From: Eledone cirrhosa
Taxonomy: Eukaryota
Length of the DNA: 64,000 nt
Direction: 5' to 3'
Assembly (NCBI GenBank): GCA_964016885.1
Contig: OZ024757.1
Span: 62,001-126,000, forward strand
A model generated the notes under the pieces. The model was not told the DNA's origin. It did not search any database and saw only the letters and a list, made by a program, of their open reading frames with translations. The position numbers and the translations under genes are program-made. How positions within the stretch are numbered: the stretch's first letter is position 1; the number at the start of each line of letters is the position of its first letter. Positions 15,001 to 30,104 of the stretch are shown in pieces.

Positions 15001-18000
15001 CTAGGGTGAGATAGTGACATAGGGGTGAAGGCAGTAGCTACTAGGGTGAGATAGTGAAATTGGGGTGAAGACAGTAGCTACTAGGGTGAGATAGTGACAT
15101 TAGGGTGAACACAGTAGCTACTAGGGTGAGATAGTGACATTGGGGTGAAGACAGTAGCTATTTGGATGAGATAGTGACATTGGGGTGAAGACCGTAGCTA
15201 CTAGGGTGAGATAGTGACATTGGGGTAAAGACAGTAGCTACTAGGGTGATATAGTGACAATGGGGTGAAGACACTGGCAACTAGTGTGACATAGTGACAT
15301 TGGGGTGGAGACAATAGCTACTAGGGTGAGATAGTGACATTGGAGTGAAGACAGTAGCTACTAGGGTGAGATAGTGACATTGGGGTGAAGAGAGTAGCTA
15401 CGAGGGTGAGATAGGGACATTGTGCAGAAGACAGTAGCTACTAGGGTGAAATAGTGACATTGGCGTGAAGGCAGTAGCTATTAGGGTGAGATAGTGACAT
15501 TGGGCTGATGACAATAGCTACTAGGGTGAGATAGTGACATTAGGGTGAAGACAGTAGCTACTAGGGTGAGATAGTGACATTGGGGTGAAGACAGTAGCTA
15601 CTAGGGCGAGATAGTGACATTGGGGTGTAGATAGTAGCTATAAGGGTGAGATAGTGACATTGGGTTGGAAACAGTAACTATTAGAGTCAGATAATGACAT
15701 TGGCATGAAGATAGTAGCTACTAAGGTGAGATAGTGACATTAGGGTGAAGACAGTAGCTACTAGGGTGAGATAGTGACATTGGGGTAAAGAGAGTAGCTA
15801 TAAGGGTGAGATAGTGACGTTGGGGTGAAGACAGTAGCTACTAGGGTGAGATAGTGACATTGGAGTGAAGACAGTAGCTACTAGGGGGAGATAGTTACAA
15901 TGGGGAGGCGACAGTAGCTACAAGTGTGAGATAGTGACATTGGAGTGAAGACAGTAGCTACTAGGGTGAGATAGTGACATTGGGGTGAAGACAGTAGCTA
16001 CTAGGGCGAGATAGTGACATTGGGGTGAAGATAGTATCTATAAGGGTGAGATAGTGACATTGGGGTGGAAACAGTAACCACTAGAGTTAGATAGTGACAT
16101 TTGAGTGAAGACAGTAGCTACTAGGGTGAGATAGTGACATTGGAGTGAAGACAGTAGCTACTAGGGTGAGATAGTGACATGAGGATGAAGCCAGTAGTTA
16201 CTAGGGTGAGATAGTGACATCGGGGTGGAGACAATAGCTACTAGGGTGAGATAGTGACATTGGGGTGAAGACAGTAGCTACTAGGGTGAGATAGTGAAAT
16301 TGGGGTGAAGACAGTAGATACTAGGGTGAGATAGTGACATTGGGTTGAAGACAGTAGCTATTTGGGTGAGATAGTGACATTGGGGTGAAGACCGTAGCTA
16401 CTAGGGTGAGATAGTCACAATGGGGAGCCGACAGTAGCTACTAGAGTGAGATAGTGACATTGGGGGGAAGACAGTAGCTACTACGGTGAGATAGTGACAT
16501 TGGGGTGAAGACACTAGCTACTAGGGTGAGATAGTGACATTGGGGTGAAGGCAGTAGCTACTATGGTGAGATAGTGACATTGGGGTGAAGACAGTAGCTA
16601 CTAGGATGAGATAGTGACATTGGGGTGACGATAGTAGCTACTAGGGTGTAATAGTGACATTGGGGCGAAGACAGTAGCTACTAGGGTGAGATAGTGACAT
16701 TGGGGTGAAGACAGTAGCTACTAGGGCGAGATAGTGACATTGGGGTGTAGATAGTAGCTATAAGGGTGAGATAGTGACATTGGGGTGGAAACAGTAACTA
16801 CTAGAGTCAGATAGTGACATTTGAGTGAAGACAGTAGCTACTAGGGTGAGATAGTGACATTAGGGTGAAGACAGTAGCTACTAGGGTGAGATAGTGACAT
16901 TGGGGTAAAGAGAGTAGCTATAAGGGTGAGATAGTTAGATTGGGGTGAAGACAGTAGCTACTAGGGTGAGATAGTGACATTGGGGTGAAGACAGTAGCTA
17001 CTAGGGGGAGATAGTTACAATGGGGTGGCGACAGTAGCTACAAGGGTGAGATAGTGACATTGGGGTGAAGACAGTAGCTACTAGGGGGAGATAGTTACAA
17101 TTGGGAGGCGACAGTAGCTACTAGGGTGAGATAGTGACATAGGGGTGAAGGCAGTAGCTACTAGGGTGAGATAGTGAAATTGGGGTGAAGACAGTAGCTA
17201 CTAGGGTGAGATAGTGACATTAGGGTGAACACAGTAGCTACTAGGGTGAGATAGTGACATTGGGGTGAAGACAGTAGCTATTTGGATGAGATAGTGACAT
17301 TGGGGTGAAGACCGTAGCTACTAGGGTGAGATAGTGACATTGGGGTAAAGACAGTAGCTACTAGGGTGATATAGTGACAATGGGGTGAAGACACTGGCAA
17401 CTAGTGTGACATAGTGACATTGGGGTGGAGACAATAGCTACTAGGGTGAGATAGTGACATTGGAGTGAAGACAGTAGCTACTAGGGTGAGATAGTGACAT
17501 TGGGGTGAAGAGAGTAGCTACGAGGGTGAGATAGGGACATTGTGCAGAAGACAGTAGCTACTAGGGTGAAATAGTGACATTGGCGTGAAGGCAGTAGCTA
17601 TTAGGGTGAGATAGTGACATTGGGCTGATGACAATAGCTACTAGGGTGAGATAGTGACATTAGGGTGAAGACAGTAGCTACTAGGGTGAGATAGTGACAT
17701 TGGGGTGAAGACAGTAGCTACTAGGGCGAGATAGTGACATTGGGGTGTAGATAGTAGCTATAAGGGTGAGATAGTGACATTGGGTTGGAAACAGTAACTA
17801 TTAGAGTCAGATAATGACATTGGCATGAAGATAGTAGCTACTAAGGTGAGATAGTGACATTAGGGTGAAGACAGTAGCTACTAGGGTGAGATAGTGACAT
17901 TGGGGTAAAGAGAGTAGCTATAAGGGTGAGATAGTGACGTTGGGGTGAAGACAGTAGCTACTAGGGTGAGATAGTGACATTGGAGTGAAGACAGTAGCTA

Positions 18001-21000
18001 CTAGGGGGAGATAGTTACAATGGGGAGGCGACAGTAGCTACAAGTGTGAGATAGTGACATTGGAGTGAAGACAGTAGCTACTAGGGTGAGATAGTGACAT
18101 TGGGGTGAAGACAGTAGCTACTAGGGCGAGATAGTGACATTGGGGTGAAGATAGTATCTATAAGGGTGAGATAGTGACATTGGGGTGGAAACAGTAACCA
18201 CTAGAGTTAGATAGTGACATTTGAGTGAAGACAGTAGCTACTAGGGTGAGATAGTGACATTGGAGTGAAGACAGTAGCTACTAGGGTGAGATAGTGACAT
18301 GAGGATGAAGCCAGTAGTTACTAGGGTGAGATAGTGACATCGGGGTGGAGACAATAGCTACTAGGGTGAGATAGTGACATTGGGGTGAAGACAGTAGCTA
18401 CTAGAGTGAGATAGTGAAATTGGGGTGAAGACAGTAGATACTAGGGTGAGATAGTGACATTGGGTTGAAGACAGTAGCTATTTGGGTGAGATAGTGACAT
18501 TGGGGTGAAGACCGTAGCTACTAGGGTGAGATAGTCACAATGGGGAGCCGACAGTAGCTACTAGAGTGAGATAGTGACATTGGGGGGAAGACAGTAGCTA
18601 CTAGGGTGAGATAGTGACATTGGGGTGAAGACACTAGCTACTAGGGTGAGATAGTGACATTGGGGTGAAGGCAGTAGCTACTATGGTGAGATAGTGACAT
18701 TGGGGTGAAGACCGTAGCTACTAGGATGAGATAGTGACATTGGGGTGACGATAGTAGCTACTAGGGTGTAATAGTGACATTGGGGTGAAGACAGTAGCTA
18801 CTAGGGCGAGATAGTGACATTGGGGTGTAGATAGTAGCTATAAGGGTGAGATAGTGACATTGGGGTGGAAACAGTAACTACTAGAGTCAGATAGTGACAT
18901 TTGAGTGAAGACAGTAGCTACTAGGGTGAGATAGTGACATTAGGGTGAAGACAGTAGCTACTAGGGTGAGATAGTGACATTGGGGTAAAGAGAGTAGCTA
19001 TAAGGGTGAGATAGTTAGATTGGGGTGAAGACAGTAGCTACTAGGGTGAGATAGTGACATTGGGGTGAAGACAGTAGCTACTAGGGGGAGATAGTTACAA
19101 TGGGGTGGCGACAGTAGCTACAAGGGTGAGATAGTGACATTGGGGTGAAGACAGTAGCTACTAGGGGGAGATAGTTACAATTGGGAGGCGACAGTAGCTA
19201 CTAGGGTGAGATAGTGACATAGGGGTGAAGGCAGTAGCTACTAGGGTGAGATAGTGAAATTGGGGTGAAGACAGTAGCTACTAGGGTGAGATAGTGACAT
19301 TAGGGTGAACACAATAGCTACTAGGGTGAGATAGTGACATTGGGGTGAAGACAGTAGCTATTTGGATGAGATAGTGACATTGGGGTGAAGACCGTAGCTA
19401 CTAGGGTGAGATAGTGACATTGGGGTAAAGACAGTAGCTACTAGGGTGATATAGTGACAATGGGGTGAAGACACTGGCAACTAGTGTGACATAGTGACAT
19501 TGGGGTGGAGACAATAGCTACTAGGGTGAGATAGTGACATTGGAGTGAAGACAGTAGCTACTAGGGTGAGATAGTGACATTGGGGTGAAGAGAGTAGCTA
19601 CGAGGGTGAGATAGGGACATTGTGCAGAAGACAGTAGCTACTAGGGTGAAATAGTGACATTGGCGTGAAGGCAGTAGCTATTAGGGTGAGATAGTGACAT
19701 TGGGCTGATGACAATAGCTACTAGGGTGAGATAGTGACATTAGGGTGAAGACAGTAGCTACTAGGGTGAGATAGTGATATTGGGGTGGAGACAATAGGTA
19801 CTAGGCTGAGACAGTGACATTTGAGTGAAGACAGTAGCTACTACGGTGAGATAGTGACATTGGGGTGGAGACAGGAGCTAATAGGGTGAGATAGTGAAAT
19901 TGGGGCGAAGACAGTAGCTACTAGGGTGAGATAGTGACATTGGGGTGAAAACAGTAGCTACTAGGTTGAGATAGTGACATTGGGCTGATGACAATAGCTA
20001 CTAGGGTGAGATAGTGACATTAGGGTGAAGACAGTAGCTACTAGGGTGAGATAGTGATATTGGGGTGGAGACAATAGCTACTAGGCTGAGACAGTGACAT
20101 TTGAGTGAAGACAGTAGCTACTACGGTGAGATAGTGACATTGGGGTGGAGACAGGAGCTAATAGGGTGAGATAGTGAAATTGGGGGTGAAGACAGTAGCT
20201 ACAAGGGTGAGATAGTGACATTGGGGTGAAAACAGTAGCTACTAGGGTGAGATAGTGACATTGGGGTGACGATAGTAGCTACTAGGGTGAGATAGTGACA
20301 TTGGGGTGAAGAAAGTAGCTATTTGGGTCAGATAGTGACATTGGGGTGAAGACAGTAGCTACTAGGGTGAGATAGTGACATTGGGGTAAAGACAGTAGCT
20401 ACCAGGGTGAGATAGTGACATTAGGGTGAAGACAGTAGCTACTAGGGTGAGATAGTGACATCAGGGTAAAGACAGTAGCTATAAGGGTGAGATAGTGACA
20501 TTGGGGTCAAGACAGTAGCTACTAGGGTGAGATAGTGACATTGGGGTGGAAACAGTAACTACTAGAGTCAGATAGTGACATTGGCATGAAGACAGTAGCT
20601 ACTAGGGTGAGATAGTGACATTGGGGTAAAGAGAGTAGCTATAAGGGTGAGATAGTGACATTGGGGTGAAGACAGTAGCTACTAAGGTGAGATAGTGACA
20701 TTGGGGTGAAGACAGTAGCTACTAGGGGGAGATAGTTACAATGGGGAGGCGAGAGTAGCTACAAGTGTGAGATAGTGACATTGGAGCGAAGACATTAGCT
20801 ACTAGGTTGAGCTAGTGATATTGGGGTGGAGACAGTAGCTACTAGGGTGAGATAGTAACATGAGGATGAAGCCACTAGTTACTAGGGTGAGATAGTGACA
20901 TTGGGGTGAAGACACTAACTACTAGGGTGAAATAGTGACATTGGGGTGAAGACAGTAGCTACTAGGGTGAGAAAGTGACATTGGGGTGAAGGCAGTAGCT

Positions 21001-24000
21001 ATTTGGGTGAGATAGTGACATTGGGGCGAAGACAGTAGCTACTAGGGCGAGATAGTGACATTGGGGTGAAGATAGTAGCTACAAGTGTGAGATAGTGACA
21101 TTGGAGTGAAGGCAGTAGCTACCTGGGTGAGGTAGTGATATTGGGGTGGAGACAATAGCTACTAGGCTGAGACAGTGACATTGGAGTGAAGACAGTAGCT
21201 ACTAGGGTGAGATAGTGACATTGGGGTGGAGACAGTAGCTACTAGGGTGAGATAGTGACATTAGGGTGAAGACAGTAGCTACTAGGGTGAGATAGTGACA
21301 TTGGAGTGAAGACAGTAGCTACTAGGGTGAGATAGTGACATGAGGATGAAGCCAGTAGTTACTAGGGTGAGATAGTGACACCGGGGTGGAGACAATAGCT
21401 ACTAGGGTGAGATAGTGACATTGGGGTGAAGACAGTAGCTACTAGGGTGAGATAGTGAAATTGGGGTGAAGACAGTAGATACTAGGGTGAGATAGTGACA
21501 TTGGGTTGAAGACAGTAGCTATTTGGGTGAGATAGTGACATTCGGGTGAAGACCGTAGCTACTAGGGTGAGATAGTCACAATGGGGAGCCGACAGTAGCT
21601 ACTAGAGTGAGATAGTGACATTGGGGGGAAGACAGTAGCTACTAGGGTGAGATAGTGACATTGGGGTGAAGACACTAGCTACTAGGGTGAGATAGTGACG
21701 TTGGGGTGAAGGCAGTAGCTACTATGGTGAGATAGTGACATTGGAGTGAAGACAGTAGCTACTAGGATGAGATAGTGACATTGGGGTGACGATAGTAGCT
21801 ACTAGGGTGAAATAGTGACATTCGGGCGAAGACAGTAGCTACTAGGGTGAGATAGTGACATTGGGGTGAAGACAGTAGCTACTAGGGCGAGATAGTGACA
21901 TTGGGGTGTAGATAGTAGCTATAAGGGTGAGATAGTGACATTGGGGTGGAAACAGTAACTACTAGAGTCAGATAGTGACATTTGAGTGAAGACAGTAGCT
22001 ACTAGGGTGAGATAGTGACATTAGGGTGAAGACAGTAGCTACTAGGGTGAGATAGTGACATTGGGGTAAAGAGAGTAGCTATAAGGGTGAGATAGTGACA
22101 TTGGGGTGAAGACAGTAGCTACTAGGGGGAGATAGTTACAATGGGGAGGCGACAGTAGCTACAAGGGTGAGATAGTGACATTGGGGTGAAGACAGTAGCT
22201 ACTAGGGGGAGATAGTTACAATTGGGAGGCGACAGTAGCTACTAGGGTGAGATAGTGACATTAGGGTGAACACAGTAGCTACTAGGGTGAGATAGTGACA
22301 TTGGGGTGAAGGCAGTAGCTACTAGGGTGAGATAGTGAAATTGGGGTGAAGACAGTAGCTACTAGGGTGAGATAGTGACATTAGGGTGAACACAGTAGCT
22401 ACTAGGGTGAGATAGTGACATTGGGGTGAAGACAGTAGCTATTTGGATGAGATAGTGACATTGGGGTGAAGACCGTAGCTACTAGGGTGAGATAGTGACA
22501 TAGGGGTGAAGGCAGTAGCTACTAGGGTGAGATAGTGAAATTGGGGTGAAGACAGTAGCTACTAGGGTGAGATAGTGACATTAGGGTGAACACAGTAGCT
22601 ACTAGGGTGAGATAGTGACATTGGGGTGAAGACAGTAGCTATTTGGATGAGATAGTGACATTGGGGTGAAGACCGTAGCTACTAGGGTGAGATAGTGACA
22701 TTGGGGTAAAGACAGTAGCTACTAGGGTGATATAGTGACATTGGGGTGAAGACACTGGCAACTAGTGTGACATAGTGACATTGGGGTGGAGACAATAGCT
22801 ACTAGGGTGAGATAGTGACATTGGAGTGAAGACAGTAGCTACTAGGGTGAGATAGTGACATTGGGGTGAAGAGAGTAGCTACGAGGGTGAGATAGGGACA
22901 TTGGGCAGAAGACAGTAGCTACTAGGGTGAAATAGTGACATTGGCGTGAAGGCAGTAGCTATTAGGGTTAGATAGTGACATTGGGCTGATGACAATAGCT
23001 ACTAGGGTGAGATAGTGACATTAGGGTGAAGACAGTAGCTACTAGGGTGAGATAGTGATAATGGGGTGGAGACAATAGGTACTAGGCTGAGACAGTGACA
23101 TTTGAGTGAAGACAGTAGCTACTACGGTGAGATAGTGACATTGGGGTGGAGACAGGAGCTAATAGGGTGAGATAGTGAAATTGGGGCGAAGACAGTAGCT
23201 ACTAGGGTGAGATAGTGACATTGGGGTGAAGACAATAGATACTATGGTGAGATAGTGACATTGGGTGAAGACCGTAGCTACTAGGGTGAGATAGTGACAT
23301 TGGGGTGGAAACAGTAACTACTAGAGTCAGATATTGACATTGGCATGAAGACAGTAGCTACTAGGGTGAGATAGTGACATTGGGGTAAAGTGAGTAGCTA
23401 TAAGGGTGAGATAGTGACATTGGGGTGAAGACAGTAACTACTAGGGGGAGATAGTTACAATGGGGAGGCGAGAGTAGCTACAAGTGTGAGATAGTGACAT
23501 TGGAGCGAAGACATTAGCTACTAGGTTGAGCTAGTGACATTGGGGTGGAGACCGTAGCTACTAGGGTGAGATAGTAACATGAGGATGAAGCCAGTAGTTA
23601 CTAGGGTGAAATAGTGACATTGGGGTGAAGGCAGTAGCTACTAGGGTCCGATAATGACATTGGGGTGAAGGCAGTAGCTACTAGGGTGCGATAGTGACAT
23701 TGGGGTGAAGACAGTAGCTACTTGGGTGAGATAGTGACATTGGGGCGAAGACAGTAGCTACTAGGGTGAGATAGTGACATTGGGGTGAAGACAGTAGCTA
23801 CTAGGGCGACATAGTGACATTGGGGTGAAGATAGTAGCTACTAGTGTGAGATAGTGACATTGGAGTGAAGGCAGTAGCTACCTGGGTGAGGTAGTGATAT
23901 TGGGGTGGAGACAGTAGCTACTAGGGTGAGATAGTGACATTAGGGTGAAGACAGTAGCTACTAGGGTGAGATAGTGACATTGGAGTGAAGACAGTAGCTA

Positions 24001-25540
24001 CTAAGGTGAGATAGTGACATGAGGATGAAGCCAGTAGTTACTAGGGTGAGATAGTGACATCGGGGTGGAGACAATAGCTACTAGGGTGAGATAGTGACAT
24101 TGGGGTGAAGACAGTAGCTACTAGGGTGAGATAGTGAATTTGGGGTGAAGACAGTAGATACTAGGGTGAGACAGTGAAATTGGGGTGAAGACAATAGCTA
24201 CTAGGGTGAGATAGTGACATTGGGGTGAAAACAGTAGCTATTTGGGTGAGATAGTGACATTGGGGCGAAGACCGTAGCTACTAGGGTGTGATAGTGACAT
24301 TGGGTTGAAGACAGTAGCTACTAGGGTGAGATATTGACATTGGGGTGAAGACAGTAGCTACTAGGGTGAGATAGTGACATTAGGGTGAAGACAGTAGCTA
24401 CTAGAGTGAGATAGTGACATTGGGGGGAAGACAGTAGCTACTAGGGTGAGATAGTGACATTGGGGTGAAGACAGTAGCTACTAAGGTGAGATAGCGACAT
24501 TGGGGAGAAGACAGTAGCTTCTAGGGTGAGATAGTGACATTGGGGTGAAGACAGTAGCTGCTAGGGTGAGATAGTGACGATAGTAGCTACTAGGGTGAGA
24601 TAGTGACATTGGGTGAAGACAGTAGCTACACGGGTGAGATAGTGACATTGGAGTAAAGACAGTAACTACTAGGGTGAGATAGTGAAATTGGGGTGAAGAC
24701 AGTAGTTACTAGGATGAGATAGTGACATTGGGGTGACGATAGTAGCTACTAGGGTGAGATAGTGACATTGGGGAGGCGACAGTAGCTACTAGGGTGAGAT
24801 AGTGACATTGGGGTAAAGACAGTAGCTATAAGGGTGAGATAGTGACATTGGGGTAAAGACAGTAGCTACTAGGGTGAGATAGTGACATTGGGGTGGAAAC
24901 AGTAACTACTAGAGTTAGAGAGTGACATTGGGATGAAGACAGTAGCTACTAATGGGAGATAGTGACATTGGGGAGGCGACAGTAGCTACTAGGGTGAGAT
25001 AGTGACATTGGAGAGAAGACATTAGCTACTAGGTTGAGCTAGTGAATTGGGGGTGGAGACAGTAGCTACTAGGGTGAGATATTAACATGAGGATGAAGCC
25101 AGTAGTTACTAGGGTGAGATAGTGACATTGGGTTAAAGACAGTAGCTACTAGGGTGAGATAGTGACATTGGGGTGAAGGCAGTAGCTACTAGGGTGAGAT
25201 AGTGACATTGGGGTGATGACAGTAGCTACTAGGGTGAGATAGTGACATTAGGGTGAAGACAGTAGCTACTAGGGTGAGGTAGTGATATTGGGGTTTAGAC
25301 AATAGCTACTAGAGTGAGATAGTGACATTGGAGTGAAGACAGTAGCTATTAGGGTGAGATAGTGACATTGGAGTGAAGACAGTAGCTACTAGGGTGAGAT
25401 AGTGACATTAGGGTGGAGACAGTGACATTGGAGTGAAGACAGTAGCTACTAGTGTGAGATATTGACATTGGGGTGAAGACAGTAGCTACTAGGGTGAGAT
25501 AGTGATAGTGGGATGAAGACAGTAGCTACTAGGGCGAGAT
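1..25540 (+). repeat. 40-bp satellite array 1 (about 640 monomers, runs off the window start); consensus GGGTGAGATAGTGACATTGGGGTGAAGACAGTAGCTACTA
   Basis: Continuous head-to-tail 40-bp monomers with point variants. The array ends abruptly at ...agggcgagat|tacctgattg. Confidence 0.98.
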
Positions 25541-25994
25541 TACCTGATTGACTATGTAGGTGACTAGTTTGAAATCTACTTCCCCAGAACCTTTCAACAT
25601 CTCAGTTATTTCTAATGGACCAGCAGCTTTACCATTTTTATTCCCCTTGATTGCTTCTTTGACTCTATAACTATCTATTTCAATAGCTGGTCCGTCCTTG
25701 GGGTTAGTTGGAGATTGTCTCTCTTTTCAGTTATTTACCATTTTACAGGGTTAACTGTGTGTGATCCCTTCTATTCACTTGGGAACATATTCAACTTTGA
25801 TAATAAATTGACTAAATTAGTATATTCTATACCATAGCGTAGTTTCGATACAAGTCTTGGTTAGATCTTCTACAAATAAACTGTGACGAGAGTAATTTTT
25901 TAGTAAACCAGTTTTATTATGAACATTTACAACATAGGCGGTTTTGATCTTGTCTTATTGTGTTTGTTTCATTAAACAGCTTTTACAGGATAAT

Positions 25995-26892
<898 letters not shown>

Positions 26893-29598
26893 CTATGGTT
26901 TCTCTCCTATATGAATACGTTTGTGATTTCTTAAGACATTATTTTGAGAGAATGATTTACCACAGATATCACAGTGATAGGGCTTCTCTCCTGTATGGAT
27001 GAGATTGTGTGTTGCTAAGTTTCCTTTCTGAGAGAATGATTTACCACAGATATCACAATGGTATGGTTTCTCTCCTGTATGAGTAAGATTGTGTGTTAAT
27101 AAGTTTCCTTTCTGTGAAAATGACTTACCACAGATATTACAGTGATATGGCTTCTCTCCTGTATGAATAGATTTGTGAATTGTGAAGTAATTATATTGAG
27201 AGAATGATTTACTACAGATATCACAGTGGTATGGCTTCTCTCCTGTATGAGTAAAATTGTGTGTTAATAAGCTTCCTTTCTGTGAAAATGACTTACCACA
27301 GATATTACAACGGTATGGCTTCTCGCCTGTATGAATAAGATTGTGTAATGTCAAGTGTTTTTTCTGAGAGAATGATTTACCACAGATATCACAGTGGTAT
27401 GGTTTCTCTCTTGTATGAGTAAGATTGTGTGTTAATAAGCTTCCTTTCTGTGAAAATGACTTACCACAGATATTACAATGGTATGGCTTCTCTCCTGTAT
27501 GGATGAGATTGTGTGTTAATAAGCTTCCTTTCTGTGAAAATGACTTACCACAGATATTACACTGGTATGGCTTCTCTCCTGTATGAGTAAGATTGTGTGC
27601 TAATAAGTATCCTTTCTGTGAAAATGACTTACCACAGATATTACAGTGATATGGCTTCTCTTCTGTATGAATAGATTTGTGATTTGTTAAGACATTATTT
27701 TGAGAGAATGATTTACCACAGATATCACAGTGGTATGGTTTCTCTCCTGTATGAATACGTTTGTGATTTGTTAAGGCATTATTTTGAGAGAATGATTTAC
27801 CACAGATATCACAGTGGTAGGGCTTCTCTCCTGTATGGATGAGATTGTGTGTTGTTAAGTGTCTTTTCAGAGAGAATGCTTTACCACAGATATCACAGTG
27901 GTATGGTTTCTCTCTTGTATGAGTAAGATTATGTGTTAATAAGTTTCCTTTATGTGAAAATGACTTACCACAGATATTACAGTGATATGGCTTCTCTTCT
28001 GTATGAATAGATTTGTGATTTGTTAAGACATTATTTTGAGAGAATGATTTACCACAGATATCACGGTAGTATGGTTTCTCTCCTGTATGGATGAGATTGT
28101 GTGTTGTTAAGTGTCCTTTCTGAGAGAATGCTTTACCACAGATATCGCAGTGGTATGGTTTCTCTCCTGTATGAATACGTTTGTGATTTGTTAAGACATT
28201 ATTTTGAGAGAATGATTTACCACAGATATCACAGTAGTATGGTTTCTCTCCTCTATGGATGAGATTGTGTCTTGTTAAGTGTCCTTTCTGAGAGAATGAT
28301 TTACCACAGATATCACAATGGTATGGTTTCTCTCCTGTATGAATACGTTTGTGATTTGTTAAGACATTATTTTGAGAGAATGATTTACCACAGATATTAC
28401 AGTGGTATGGCTTCTCTCCTGTATGAATATGTTTGTGATCTGCTAAGACATTATTTTGAGAGAATGATTTACCGCAGATATCACAGAAGTATGGTTTCTC
28501 TCCTGTATGAATACGTTTGTGATTTGTTAAGACATTATTTTGAGAGAATGATTTACCACAGATATCACAGTGATAGGGCTTCTCTCCCGTATGGATGAGA
28601 TTGTGTCTTGTTAAGTGTACTTTCAGAGAGAATGATTTACCACAGATATCACAGTGGTATGGCTTCTCTCCTGTATGAATATGTTTGTGATTTGCTAAGA
28701 CATTATTTTGAGAGAATGATTTATCGCAGATATCACAGTAGTATGGTTTCTCTCCTGTATGAATACGTTTGTGATTTGTTAAGACATTATTTTGAGAGAA
28801 TGATTTACCACAGATATCACAGTGATAGGGCTTCTCTCCTGTATGAATACGTTTGTGACTTGTTAAGACATTATTTTGAGAGAATGATTTACCACAGATA
28901 TCGCAGTGATAGGGTTTCTCTCCTGTATGGATGAGATTGTGTATTGTTAAGTATCCTTTAAGAGAGAATGATTTACCACAGATATTACAATGGTATGGTT
29001 TCTCTCCTTTATGGATGAGATTGTGTGTTGTTAAGTTTCCTTTCAGAGAGAATGATTTACCACAGATATCACAGTGGTATGGTTTCTCTCCTGTATGAGT
29101 AAGATTGTGTGTTAATAGGCTTCCTTTCTGTGAAAATGACTTACCACAGATATTACAATGGTATGGCTTCTCTCCTGTATGGATGAGATTGTGTGTTAAT
29201 AAGCTTCCTTTCTGAGAGAATGATTTACCACAGATATCACAATGGTATGGCTTCTCTCCTGTATGGATGAGATTGTGTGTTGTTAAGTGTCCTTTCAGAG
29301 AGAATGATTTACCACAGATATCACAGTGGTATGGTTTCTCTCCTGTATGAGTAAGATTGTGTGTTAATAGGCTTCCTTTCTGTGAAAATGACTTACCACA
29401 GATATTACAATGGTATGGCTTCTCTCCTGTATGGATGAGATTGTGTGTTAATAAGCTTCCTTTCTGAGAGAATGATTTACCACAGATATCACAATGGTAT
29501 GACTTCTCTCCTCTATTCTTTGTTATCTCATTAGGAATACTAAAACCTTTAGGCAGTGTTTCACATTTAACCTTCTTCTCACCCAACTTATTTTCCAT
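26893..29598 (-). CDS. C2H2 multi-zinc-finger protein copy A: 901 aa from the first ATG, 31 tandem 28-aa fingers (finger 18 has C>R), no recognisable effector domain
   Basis: Uninterrupted ORF of CxxC-x12-HxxxH units with TGEKPY linkers. The first ATG is at 29598 (MENKLGEKK); the ORF-track start at 29619 is TTG. Confidence 0.9.
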   Translation of the reverse strand: MENKLGEKKVKCETLPKGFSIPNEITKNRGEKSYHCDICGKSFSQKGSLLTHNLIHTGEKPYHCNICGKSFSQKGSLLTHNLTHTGEKPYHCDICGKSFSLKGHLTTHNLIHTGEKPYHCDICGKSFSQKGSLLTHNLIHTGEKPYHCNICGKSFSQKGSLLTHNLTHTGEKPYHCDICGKSFSLKGNLTTHNLIHKGEKPYHCNICGKSFSLKGYLTIHNLIHTGEKPYHCDICGKSFSQNNVLTSHKRIHTGEKPYHCDICGKSFSQNNVLTNHKRIHTGEKPYYCDICDKSFSQNNVLANHKHIHTGEKPYHCDICGKSFSLKVHLTRHNLIHTGEKPYHCDICGKSFSQNNVLTNHKRIHTGEKPYFCDICGKSFSQNNVLADHKHIHTGEKPYHCNICGKSFSQNNVLTNHKRIHTGEKPYHCDICGKSFSQKGHLTRHNLIHRGEKPYYCDICGKSFSQNNVLTNHKRIHTGEKPYHCDICGKAFSQKGHLTTHNLIHTGEKPYYRDICGKSFSQNNVLTNHKSIHTEEKPYHCNICGKSFSHKGNLLTHNLTHTREKPYHCDICGKAFSLKRHLTTHNLIHTGEKPYHCDICGKSFSQNNALTNHKRIHTGEKPYHCDICGKSFSQNNVLTNHKSIHTEEKPYHCNICGKSFSQKGYLLAHNLTHTGEKPYQCNICGKSFSQKGSLLTHNLIHTGEKPYHCNICGKSFSQKGSLLTHNLTHTREKPYHCDICGKSFSQKKHLTLHNLIHTGEKPYRCNICGKSFSQKGSLLTHNFTHTGEKPYHCDICSKSFSQYNYFTIHKSIHTGEKPYHCNICGKSFSQKGNLLTHNLTHTGEKPYHCDICGKSFSQKGNLATHNLIHTGEKPYHCDICGKSFSQNNVLRNHKRIHIGEKP

Positions 29599-30104
29599 AA
29601 TGTTTCTTCTTCTCACCAAAGTATATAGATGTTATTCTTGTGTTATATTTATATTATATTTCTAGAAATATTGTTTGATTCTATATTTCTATCAACTGTG
29701 ATCTCAGTTAATATCTGAAGATTATGAAAACTTCTTTGTCATCAAAGTTTAATTAAAATACAAAATCTTCATTCGAGATAGTGAAGAAACGAACATTTGC
29801 CAATAAACTCACTTCTGATGAAATATTTTACAGTAAGTCAGTCATAGATTTATATAATCAGTGTTATATCAGTTCTGTATAAAACACTTTAGTCTTTGAT
29901 GATAAATGTTTATGTATCCAAGGTTTAAAAATTTATCCCAATGTCATCTGGTATTCTGAAATAAGAAAGAAACAGTATGAGATAATAGAGAATACTGAAA
30001 AACTAGAGATAGATTTATTAGAGAAAATTTTAGACTTTTACATCAATAATCTCTAAATATAGACCTTTAATTGAAAAATCAACTTACTTTCGTTTTTAAT
30101 TTGT

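Noticed and set aside
1-25540. CRISPR array
   Set aside because: Monomers are contiguous with no unique spacers, there are no cas genes, and the context is eukaryotic.
28272-28934. + strand repetitive ORFs (ERMIYHRYH...), also 49037-49783
   Set aside because: Antisense shadows of the 84-bp zinc-finger repeat, with non-ATG starts.
26893-29598. PRDM9 or KRAB-ZNF orthology
   Set aside because: No SET, KRAB, SCAN or ZAD domain visible; the resemblance is only in array dynamics, so no gene symbol is assigned.
29599-29619. ORF-track N-terminus MVRRRNI
   Set aside because: Begins at TTG; a eukaryotic start is more plausibly the ATG at 29598.
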